Shown: piece after piece, positions 52,631 through 64,000 of the stretch
How the letters are laid out: each line of letters opens with the position of its first letter
How positions within the stretch are numbered: position 1 is the first letter of the stretch
Source of the DNA: Octopus sinensis
Lineage: Eukaryota
Assembly: GCF_006345805.1 (NCBI RefSeq)
Contig: NC_043004.1
Span: forward strand, 56,420,001-56,484,000
Length of the DNA: 64,000 nucleotides
Reading direction: 5' to 3'
The notes under the pieces: model-generated
What the model was told of the DNA's origin: nothing
The model's input: only the letters and a program-made list of their open reading frames with translations
Databases searched by the model: none
Translations under genes and position numbers: made by a program

Positions 52631-52786
52631 GTAAATGTAATATGTGACAATTATTCGGTAGCCAAGATAAAACTCCGAGGTGGAAATCCACGCCACCATC
52701 TCTTCAGTTATCCCGATAACTGAACAGATGGTGGCGGAGTTTTATCATGGCTACCGAATAATTTTCACATATTACATTTACAGATA
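52626..52786. repeat. 161-bp fold-back palindrome with a 2-nt centre, containing a decayed HHR-like motif
   Basis: The arms meet at ttatc-cc-gataa (52708-52719). The left arm has a 15-nt insertion. Confidence 0.9.
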
Positions 52787-52799
52787 AATTACTCTATTT

Positions 52800-53056
52800 A
52801 CATAATATCGAGGTCTCTTTTTTCTTTTGTTATCTTACCGTTTTTATCAATATATATATATACCGCCATGATAGATCGGTAGCCACGAAACACATTTTTT
52901 CTCTCCTTGTTTTTCTCCTTGATTCTTTCTGTGTTCCTTTCTGTGGAAGAGCGTAGGCTCGAAACGTAAAAGACTTTCAATTCCCGAGCGTTATACTAAT
53001 ACATCTGTTTATTTTCTACACCCTCTGTCTTCGTCTTTTGTTTTTTCGTGAATTCT

Positions 53057-53062
<6 letters not shown>
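52800..53062 (+). mobile_element. Penelope-LTR-like repeat with a minimal HHR
   Basis: Pyrimidine-rich LTR-like segment between TA microsatellites containing the motif at 52937-52972. Confidence 0.5.
52937..52972 (+). ncRNA. Minimal hammerhead ribozyme motif, core mutated
   Basis: cttt-CTGTGGA-A-GAGC(gtag)GCTC-GAAA-C-GTA-aaag. Confidence 0.5.
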
Positions 53063-53124
<62 letters not shown>

Positions 53125-53893
53125 GTATATATTGACAGGGCAGGACTGCTAGGTAGTCGGCTGTATGCTAGAAATAGATCATCAACGATCAAAACTACAA
53201 AACGATCTATTTCTAGCATACGGCCGACTACCTAGCAGTCCTGCCCTGCCAATATACACATATATTAGAATTTTCTCTGACTTCTCAGATTTTTTGTATG
53301 CTAGACTACTGGTTTTAAATTGATATTAAAATTAATATTAATTTATCTCCCTCATTATTTAAATATTGAAATAAATACGTTCTCTAGTAGCAAGCACTAA
53401 CCGCAGTGAATTATTTACTGCAGTCCTTCGCTTCAGGAATTTCTTAGCGCGCCGGAACCAAGATATTTGAAATTTTATCCCTAATGTAATCGGTAAAACT
53501 AAGCACGTGTCTGTCTTGGCACAGAAAGCTGGGGTTAGTTTTGTAAATTGCATTGACACTGAACGAATGCACTGATGAAGCCACGGACATTTGAATTATG
53601 TAAGTAATTCCTTTGTTAAAGGCCGAAACCGAGGTATGCTTTTAATTCTGTTTTTTATATAAATTTTCATCTGTCCTGCCCGCCAAATTTGGTTCTGGTG
53701 TTCGCTGAATTTCTTTGTAGTTTTGATCGTTGATGATCTATTTCTAGCATACGGCCGACTACCTAGCAGTCCTGCCCTGCCAATATACACATATATTAGA
53801 ATTTTCTCTGACTTCTCAGATTTTTTGTATGCTAGACTACTGGTTTTAAATTGATATTAAAATTAATATTAATTTATCTCCCTCATTATTTAA

Positions 53894-53898
<5 letters not shown>
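53125..53898 (+). mobile_element. ORF-less 531-bp HHR-bearing unit (about 1.3 copies) with a 5' inverted segment
   Basis: Direct repeats 53204-53367 and 53735-53898. 53125-53201 is the reverse complement of about 53714-53790. Confidence 0.8.
53566..53642 (+). ncRNA. Type I hammerhead ribozyme motif with extended stem II
   Basis: Stem I AATGCA/TGCTTT; CTGATGA 53572-53578; stem II AGCC...GAATTA(tgtaag)TAATTC...GGCC; GAAA 53625-53628; stem III ACC(GA)GGT; GTA 53634-53636. Confidence 0.65.
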
Positions 53899-53950
<52 letters not shown>

Positions 53951-54640
53951 CTTCTATGTTTCTGCCCATCTGTCTGAAATTCTGTTTGTCTACCTGCCAG
54001 TCCCTCCATCGGTCCGTCTACGTATATACGCTTATATTTACCTGACTTACTGTTTCATTTTATCTGGTTTTGTGTGTATTTATATGTTACCCTGTCAAAC
54101 AATAATTCAAACATCACGTAACGCCTTAATTTAGAGTATCGTAAATATTCTTTATTTTGACAAGGAAATGATTGATAGTAACTTCGAAGTGCTGGTTCCC
54201 CTTCCCAGTCACTCTAACGAAAGCGACCTAGCCAAATATTGAATCGCTGTCAAACACGCATACACACACATACACACACAGGCATTCACACACATATACA
54301 CGCATATTTATATATGTGTATATATATATATATATATATACATGTCTATGTATGAAACGTATATGTGCGGTCATGCATTTTGTGCTGTGTGTGTGTGTAT
54401 TTATGTATGTGCCTGCATGCGTGTCTGTATATGTGTGTGTCTGCATGCGTGCCTGTGTGTGTGTATTTGTGAGTGAGTGAGTGTGTGTGTGTTTGTGTGT
54501 GTGAGAGAGAGAGAGAGTGTGTATGTCTGAAATTATTTGGGTAAATGTCTGTCACTCCTCATTAGATAAAAATTTCATATTTTAGTGGCGAAGTGAAAAA
54601 CATAAACTAAAAAATAAATAAACCGATAAATAAACGAACA

Positions 54641-55036
54641 TCTTTATATATAAAAGAGAGGTTGTGTGCTGTCTGTCTTCTACGATTTAGATTCCTAACT
54701 ACTCCCACATTTTGCGGTGCAGTTTAACCAAAACCGGGTATCTTATAGTCGTAATTCATATCGAGCCCTTCTGGGTATTAGCGCGCGTCTACGATGAGTC
54801 TACGATTAAAAAAAAAATTACCATCAATTTTTCCCATTTTTTAATGCATTTTTGGCATATATAAGGGAAGTAACTCTCTAAAGATGTATTATTAAATCTC
54901 AGAACGTAAAAAGCTACAGTAACACCCCACCTTTGTGGTTAGCTATATTGAGATGGCTATTATACTTTACATCTCTAAAAATGCTTATATAGTTATTTCC
55001 CTTACAATCCCGAGCAACGCCGGGCGATAGTGCTAG
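54641..55036 (+). mobile_element. Non-autonomous Helitron, same family as 33769-34159
   Basis: A|TC ... cccgagcaacgccggg ... CTAG|T. Confidence 0.92.
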
Positions 55037-55070
55037 TTAAATATAAAATTTTAAAAGTCTGCTGTCTGTA

Positions 55071-55320
55071 TACTCTTTACTCTTTTACTTGTATCAGTCA
55101 TGTGATTGCTGCCATGCTGGAGCACCGCCTTTAGTCGAGCAAATCGGCCCCAGGACTTATTATTTGTAAGCCTAGTATTTATTTTATCGTCCTCTTTTGC
55201 CGAACCGCTAAGTTACTGGGACTTAAACACACCAGCATCAGTTGTCAAGCGATGTTTGGTTGGGGGAGGGCAAACACACACGCAAACATACACACACACA
55301 TATATACATACAAACATACA

Positions 55321-55366
<46 letters not shown>

Positions 55367-55524
55367 TAGGAAGAGCTTCTTTCAGTTTCCGCCTACCAAA
55401 TCCACTCACAAGGCTTTGGTCGGCCCGAGGTTATGGTACAAGGCACTTGCACAAGTTGCCACGCAGCGGGACTGAACCCGGAACCATGTTGTTGCTAAAC
55501 AAGCTACTTACCACACAGCCACTC
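55071..55524 (-). mobile_element. Family-B SINE
   Basis: Full reverse-complement copy. Confidence 0.85.
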
Positions 55525-57254
55525 TAAGCCTAGAAGTAATAAAATATTTTCTTTTTCGTCACTAAATTTTTAAGAGTTTTATAGCCACAATCCTTTTTGA
55601 CTGTAATATACCTGTTGCATTGTTGAAGAACATTGATGGTTGAATTAGTTGGTTACCTGTGAACCAGACGACAGTTTGGTAGTTCATAGATTTTAAACAG
55701 TACAAAACATGTTAATGTGTAACTAATGAAGGAACCACTAAGTGGGTTCTCAACTTGCTAATTGTAGCAAGTTTACCGGGAAAACTACTTACCATCTTTA
55801 AGAATTACATCTGAAAAGAGGAATGTTAAATAGGTGATAAAGTGTAAAATGCAAAACATCTGAGATTAAGATAAAGTAAAGGTGTATGGAACATATTTTC
55901 ATCATAGATATGTTCAAGCAGAGCTGATCAGGCGTTAAGTTATAAGAACGCAAATGACATCAGCAATAAAGGTGGAACTGGTTATATTATCAGTTACTTG
56001 TACACTATCTTTACATGTTTTCAAAGAATTAGAATAAAAAAATTGTTGCATGGATCTAAGTATTTGGGAAGTGGAACGTACAATTTCGAGTAAGTCAAAC
56101 TGGCTCATAGATCCAGAAATCCAAATAAAAAAATGTGTTGCTCCGGAGGATGGCGAGGGCGAAGCACGGGAACCAGCCACTCTGACTCACGGAGCTTGCA
56201 CTTGCAGATAGCTATCTCTGTCCTGATAGTGGTGAGCAGGAATATGTTCCAAGGACCAAGGACGCCAGAGGTCTCCACCGCAGAGTAGAAACTATTCATC
56301 GTTTCCTATATAGTGGTGTTATATAATAGCACTAACCTTATATTTGGTACTTGTTGACCGAGATTACGACGGTTAAGAGATACGAACGTAAAAATCTCTA
56401 TGTAGGTTTAACATTCTCCTCGGTCTGTTGTCCGTTGGATTAACACACTGATTCTTATTTTGGACTGCTGTGGTAGTCAATGTACATTAGCCAATTCCAT
56501 GTTCATCTCGTCATGCTGATTACTCCTCGAACCTGTAGACATTTCCTCGTTTATTAGAGGCAGTCACTGAAATATAATGATGTCAATTTATTGGGCGATA
56601 TTCTTCAGTAATATATGTCGATCATTTATAAAGGGCAGAAATCAAAATTTATAGCTATGTGGTCGCTGTAGAATCAACAGAACCATGACTTCAGTTTACG
56701 GTTTTACAGTTCAACAGCACATAGCTGATATTTCATTTCAGTTATATAAATGCATGCTATTGAGAAAGGCATGAATGTCGCACATTATCGTTCTGAGCTG
56801 GGCTTTGTTAATCTTAGGTATACATTGGAAATAAATATATTACGTATGGTAATTACTCACGTATTTCTATGTACATCGATATAATTTATCAAAGCACAAT
56901 AATGAAAGAGTAGAGAAGCCAAGTTGTCTGTAAAACATCTAGACTATAATGATCAATGTATTGATTAGTTTAATGTGTGTACTATTTTCTTTGTGGGAAA
57001 AACCTGTGAAGATTTCTTTTACGCAGTCCGTGTCAAATAGTTTGCAACAAGCAACAAGCGCAATAATTGATTGCCAATCGCAGAAAAACTCACAAATTAG
57101 AGATGCAACGTAATGCAGCAAAAATGTGTTATGCTTATTAAATTGCACACTTGTTTTCTTCCCATCATTCACCATCAAGGGTATTTAGATGCACACACAA
57201 ACACATCATGCACATAAGCTTATTCATGTACATACCTGCCTACATACATGCATG

Positions 57255-57286
<32 letters not shown>

Positions 57287-57316
57287 CATACACACACATA
57301 TATTAAATATACAATG

Positions 57317-57358
<42 letters not shown>

Positions 57359-57517
57359 CATATATATTTATATTATATGTCTTAACAGATAATGTATATG
57401 ATATAATATAAACATTCTGTATATATGATATATATATGTAATATAATATAACATATATGATTATATATATATATACATATATATCAATATATGAATATAT
57501 ATATATAAATATACATA

Positions 57518-57588
<71 letters not shown>

Positions 57589-57704
57589 CTATACATGTAT
57601 ACGCACATATAAATTCGCCCGAAACATAAATTACTCAAAAGAACATGTACAAACACTGATATGTAATGCACCAATAAATAAATTGTACGATTTAAAATAC
57701 ATCC

Positions 57705-57882
<178 letters not shown>

Positions 57883-58200
57883 CTATGTGCACCGACACCT
57901 ATACGAAGACGTTCATGGGAACACATTCATAAAAATGAACAGTTATGTATACATATAACTATGGGAATAGATTATTTTGTATAATGTATTCTTAGAAAAA
58001 ATGGTCGTACATCTAGATAATAGCTTTAAAACATTTATTTTCTGTCTTGTACGTAGGAATATACTGCGCATATGTGAAGCTATTTTTTTTACATCATTCT
58101 CTACAGTTTTTATTTTTAAACATGATTTGTAGGTGTATCATACACACATACGTATATAAAAATGTATATATATATATATATATATGTATATGTATGTATG

Positions 58201-58245
<45 letters not shown>

Positions 58246-58784
58246 GTGTGTGTGTATATATATATATATGTATACAATCACATGTATATATATATTGATA
58301 CATATATGTGTATATATACATATCTATATAGACATACATATATATATAAACATATATATACATATATATATGTATGTAAATGTATGCGTCTATGTAAATG
58401 CATATGTCTACACACACGCACGTGCACACACACACAAACATACACATATATATGCATGTATAATTTTATATTCTGGTTATGAATAGGTGTTGCATGTGTC
58501 TAGTAAGGAAAAAAATGGATTAACGTTGGTTTCGGCATTGATTTTTGTATTTGTTTCATTAACTGAGCTATCTATCCGTTGAATTATGTGGTTAGTAGTA
58601 GACCCATGTGTAGATTTAACATGAGGGCCTACTGTAAGAGAGAACATAGCGTTTGGTTGTAATCAGAATTCTATTGTTTATGAAGACAGGGTATTGACAT
58701 GTATCTATTACATGAATTTATATCAGAACTGTTAATCATTGAAATAATTCTACACACGCATATTTGTATGTTCAAATATATATA

Positions 58785-59620
58785 TACAAGGAGTCACCCA
58801 AAAATAACAGGAAACCTTCTCTGTGGGACAAATCCTTTGTAGTTCGGGCTTATGCAGCTAGGAACCCCTTGATGCGACCCTCAGGCATTAGTCTGCCTAC
58901 TGGCGTCATCCTGCAGACTCGTACTGCCACGTCGTGCGCCTTTGTTTTGCAGTGCTTCTCATCTGTTCGTCGATTTGGGAAACGATGGCGGAAACGAAGG
59001 AATAGCGTGATCCGAGAAATTCTGTTTTCTGCTGGGGAGAACGGCGGTCGAAACAGTTGGCATGCTTTGAACAGCTTACAAAGGCGCTGCTATGAGCAAA
59101 ACACAGTTTTACGAGTGGTTTCTACACTTAAGAAATGGTCACTTGTCGCTTGAAGACCATCCTCGATCATGGCATCTGTCTACCTCCCGAACCAATGAAA
59201 ACAATATAAAAATTCATGAACTGATTTTGGAGCACCATTACAGAACATTGATGAAGTTGTTGATATGACTGGTGTGTCTTGGAGCCTCTGGCAATCAGTT
59301 TTGAGCAAGGAATTGCGAATGAAAAGATTTGTAGCAAAATTTGTGCCTAGCTTGCTCATGGAAGATCAAGAGTAGTCATGACTGTACGCGTCTCCTGAAC
59401 TGAAATAACAGTGAGAAGTTGATCGTGACCATGTTTCGAAGGTCATCATTGATGATGAAAGCTGTGCGACGGAATTTGCAGATGTGGAAGAGGTGAAAAA
59501 AAATCGACGGAGGTATTAAAAAGCATCACTTAACAGCGTTCCAGCACTATTTCGAATAGTGGAAAACGCACATGGACCGATGCATTGCTTCAACTGGAGA
59601 ATAATTTTAAGGCGGGGAAG
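58785..59620 (+). mobile_element. Internally deleted mariner (irritans-like)
   Basis: KFCFLLGRTAVETVGML*TAYKGAAMSKTQFYEWF...SLEDHPRS; KRFVAKFVP; KVIIDDES; then the C-terminal FADVEEVKKK. The catalytic middle is missing. Confidence 0.8.
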
Positions 59621-59624
59621 TTAC

Positions 59625-59820
59625 GGGGATGCAAACAAACCAACGCGAGTTGTCAAGCGGTGACGGAGGACAAACAGAGACACACACAATCACATATACA
59701 TGGGTACATATATGCATGCATGACGGATTTTTTTTCAGTTTCCGTTGCCCAAATCTACAAGGCTTTAGTCACCACAAAACGATGTGGTTCAGAAACATAC
59801 TTCTTACCACCAAACCGAGC
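59625..59820 (-). mobile_element. Diverged family-B-related SINE fragment
   Basis: gttgtcaagcggtg...gacaaacagagacacac...ttcagtttccgt...aaggcttt...cttcttaccac. Confidence 0.65.
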
Positions 59821-59898
59821 ATGCATATACACACATACATACATACATACATACATACATACATACATACATACATGTGTGTATGTATGTATAAAACA

Positions 59899-59996
<98 letters not shown>

Positions 59997-60053
59997 TACA
60001 TATACATATATACATACATACATATATACATATACATATATACATATACATAT

Positions 60054-60117
<64 letters not shown>

Positions 60118-61570
60118 CTGTGTGTGTGTATGTATGTATAAGACATATATGGAATAAATATATTTAGTTCATTAATTTCTCTTTATCGATCGGGAGATCC
60201 TGTTATGTGTAATTCACAAAATACTAAGAATCTATGTGCGAAAATAAATACCACAAGCTTCTTCCGTATGTGTACTCCAGTATTCCTTTTATAAAAGTGT
60301 TATTATCGATATAATCTTGCAACAAAGTACAGACCAGCAGAGATATTACAGAAAAGAAAGAAAGAAAAAATAGTCACATGAATTTGGTCCACGCATGGTT
60401 GTGATAAGAATGGCATTGAAGTTAAAACCATTAGGTTGCGAAGCGAACCTTTTAAAGACATGGTCACAGATGTTGCATGGATACGTTCAAAATATACTGA
60501 CGTATTATTCGTGGTAAATAATGAAGAAGCTACTTTGTAGACATTCATCTTCAACTCTACTTGACATCTTCGAATAGAAAAAGAAGGCAGAAAGAATCCT
60601 CGTTCCTAAGACAAAGTCATACCAGACTCTGTTGTAGATGCATTATTTATAAGCAGAGATGTACGAAGACAAGAGAACATTTACGAAAATAACAACATCA
60701 ATAACAACAACAAAAAATAAACATGTTTATCTGTATAATAATATTAGATGATATCATTTTTGTATCTAAATCTCTAAATTTAATAACTGTTCTTTTATTT
60801 TTATCGTTTCTGTCTTTTCAAGATTTCAATGAGTAGATTTTCTAAAGAATATTCAGGAAATATAATTTGTTATAGACTCCATTCCATTTCACGTAAAAAA
60901 ACGATTTTAGTTTTGTTCGTTGAAGTTAATTATTTGCGTAGCGAATATTATTTATTTATTTTGGCGTCTAATGTTTATTGTTTTCAATGACCAAATATCA
61001 TCGACTTTATGACTCGTTGTGTCCTATTGCTTTTCACTTACGTAAGATATAATGATATATAAGTCACCCCACTACACTCTCTATTTCATACACATACATA
61101 TATAGTCTTATATATATGTGTGTGTACACAAATGTGCTATATATTTGATGTCGGTTTTGAATGTTTATAACCTCAATAAAATTTTGTCTATTATTTCGAC
61201 ACCTCATTTAGAGGTCAGTATGTATTAATTGTTCTCTTGAAACCATGCTGTGATGTTGATTATAGATTTTATGTTGATATCAATTTCGTATAGATTCATA
61301 CGGGAGGTGTTGATATGATGTGGTGACGTTGGCCTCTGTCTACATTTTATTAATAATGTAAATAATACATACATATATATATATTCATAGATATATATAT
61401 GTATATACATACATATATACACATATATATATATATATATACACACATATATATATACACATATATATATATATATATACACACACACATATATATATAT
61501 ATACACACACACATATATATATATACACACACACATATATATATATACACACACACACATATATATATAT

Positions 61571-61616
<46 letters not shown>

Positions 61617-61680
61617 TTATTTATATATGCAGACATATACATATATACATATCCATTTATATATGCACACATATACATAT

Positions 61681-61786
<106 letters not shown>

Positions 61787-63451
61787 ACGCACGCATATAT
61801 ACATATACATACACACGCATGTTTGTTTCTGTGTGTGTTTATTCCAGAATTTTTGAGACTTGTTGAGAGACATTTATTAATTTCAGAGAAATCCCAAACT
61901 CTAATCACTTTCATTGTAGTATCCTCGGACGTTAACACACTTGTAGCAGTCCAGTCAGTTGAAACTGGATTCATGGAAGTCCTTCAAAGTGTAGGTGCTG
62001 ATGACCCTGTCACAACCATCTTCATCTTCTCAATAATAATAATAATAATAATAATGATAATAATAATAATAATAATAATAATAATATACTACGTATACTA
62101 TGAGTTTCTTTGCCCTAGGATTCGAGAAGACACTCGGCAAGAAATGGAAGCAAATTTGAAAGAAGAAGAAAAAAAGATAACAATAATAATATACATAACC
62201 CACGATCTCTCTCTCTCACATACACACATATACACACACATGCACACACATACGCGCTTATATGTGTACATAAATATGTACATCTGTTTATTTCATGGGT
62301 CAGAGGTAAACGACAATTCTTATATTCTCTGAGGGCCTTTCATGACCATTGAGACTGATACAGTGAATATTTCGTTCAAATACTGAAGTTCAACACCAAA
62401 GGAACATAAGTCAATAAGGAATGTATTTACAAAGCGCCCAATCTCTGAGCACCCTGTCACGTTTGTAAAGCTTAAGAAGTGAGGCTATGTAAATGGTCAG
62501 CTGATTCACTATACCAGGTGATGCTTGTATTAGAGTGCTTCTAATCTACTGTATGTATAGTAAGCGTACACAATACATTGTTGGTACTTTAAATTATTAA
62601 AGAAAAAAGTTGGAGAGAATTCACCGAATCAACGACAGTAATACAAAACTACTAAACATGGGTCTACTAAGATGTTTAGATATATGTCGCTTCAATTCTG
62701 TTAAGTCATCTAAGACATTAACCAGGGTCTGTCTAAAGGTTCAATTAATCATTTAAAATAACATTCAAAGGTATCTCTGAGTAGAGACAACATCCTATCT
62801 CTTTGAGTTAATAACAGCGATATAAGCAGATGATCTTACCAGTCTTAGATATGGGTGGGGCATGAAGATATTGAAGGCAGAGTCTTTTTTGCTTACCAGA
62901 AGAATCAATAAAAGAGGCATGCATGCAACTCTAATTGGGTCACCGTTCATACAGTTAAAAGTACCATCAGCAACCACAGTTGTGCATAAGCTTTCGGCTG
63001 GATAGTCATGAGAAGATAAATGTGTCCACTTTCGTGCTCGGTGTGCGTATTTGCATGTCGAAATGTGTTGGGGCGATTGAAATATTTAGGCAATTGGAGA
63101 CAAACTTCATGATAATATTTGGTCAGAAAATATTAAGATGAATTTAGAACATGAGAAAAATGCGCCCGAGTGAGGACCGATCAACAGAATGTTGGTAAAA
63201 CGTGAGGAATATTATTTGACTTGCGTTTCTATTGAAGAAAATTGGAAGGTAGCATCACCAGAAGTCGGTAATTTGCAATCAGACAATACCTGCTGCAATT
63301 TATATATCAGAAAGGCTTATATAGACACGAATGCTATTTTTGTGTGTTTATCTGCATTAACATATTTCTATATACATCAGCATATTAATTTATATTTACA
63401 AATGTGTGTATATACATATGTATGTATATATATATATTATATATATATATT

Positions 63452-63483
<32 letters not shown>

Positions 63484-63750
63484 CGCGTGTGTGTGTGTGC
63501 GTGTGTGTATGTATGCATACATATATATATACGCACATAAAAATTTTCAATGAATAATTCGCATAAGATATGAATATTATTTATGTGTGTGTTTATCGAG
63601 TGATTTGTTATTTCATTCATGTCTGAACTGCATTTGAAATAAACAGGGCCATCAATTACAAAAAATATAATGCAAGAGCACGTACGCATGCATGAAATCA
63701 CACACAAACCCATACACGCATGTGAAATAGACTTGCACTTCCAACTATGC

Positions 63751-63804
<54 letters not shown>

Positions 63805-64000
63805 TTACATACAGAAAAAGAGACTGCAAGAGAGAGAGAGAGAGAAAGAGAGAAAGAAAGAGAAAGAGAGATGTAGATTGAGTTAGATATTTCGGGCGAT
63901 TAATAATTTTTAGGATTTTTATCAATTTCTGTTTTGTGCTATGTTAAAATTGTGATTATTTTTAGTATATGATTTTTTTCTTCTCTTTTTTACTGATAGT

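Noticed and set aside
55935-56310. GC-richer island with 60-80 aa ORFs on both strands
   Set aside because: No recognisable domain or convincing acceptor; left unassigned.
60252-60315. Minus-strand candidate exon DYIDNNTFIKGILEYTYGRSLW
   Set aside because: The acceptor is AAG, the donor is weak, the peptide is unrecognised and no partner exons were found. It cannot be supported without RNA data.
62795-62990. Plus-strand I*ADDL resembling an RT YADD motif
   Set aside because: None of the other RT motifs occur upstream or downstream.

Overview
AT-rich eukaryotic intronic or intergenic DNA, packed with (TA)n, (CA)n, (TAGA)n, (TACA)n and trinucleotide microsatellites. The SINE families and repeat landscape look like an octopus or other cephalopod genome (inference from recognition, not a database match). 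There is no confidently identifiable intact host gene, rRNA, true tRNA gene or CRISPR array, and most ORFs in the supplied track are microsatellite artefacts. Supported content: (1) a near full-length, decayed Tx1-clade LINE (43394-48762, minus strand) inserted into the tRNA-like head of a SINE; (2) two Penelope-like RT plus GIY-YIG remnants; (3) an R4/Dong-type 3' fragment inside (TAA)n; (4) an RTE 3' fragment with an 11-bp TSD; (5) several Tc1/mariner remnants and MITEs; (6) a hAT MITE with an 8-bp TSD; (7) two non-autonomous Helitrons; (8) four tRNA-like SINE families; (9) a few small candidate exons, the best encoding a sushi/CCP-like CxxxGxWSxxxxPxC motif. The most interesting signal is a set of ORF-less repeats carrying hammerhead ribozyme (HHR) motifs. 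Two have 531-556 bp units in partial-tandem plus inverted arrangements (35061-36860 and 53125-53898). Others are fold-back palindromes or minimal HHRs. Together they suggest several retrozyme-like, Penelope-mobilised non-coding families. All HHR calls come from manual base-pairing and need covariance and in vitro tests.
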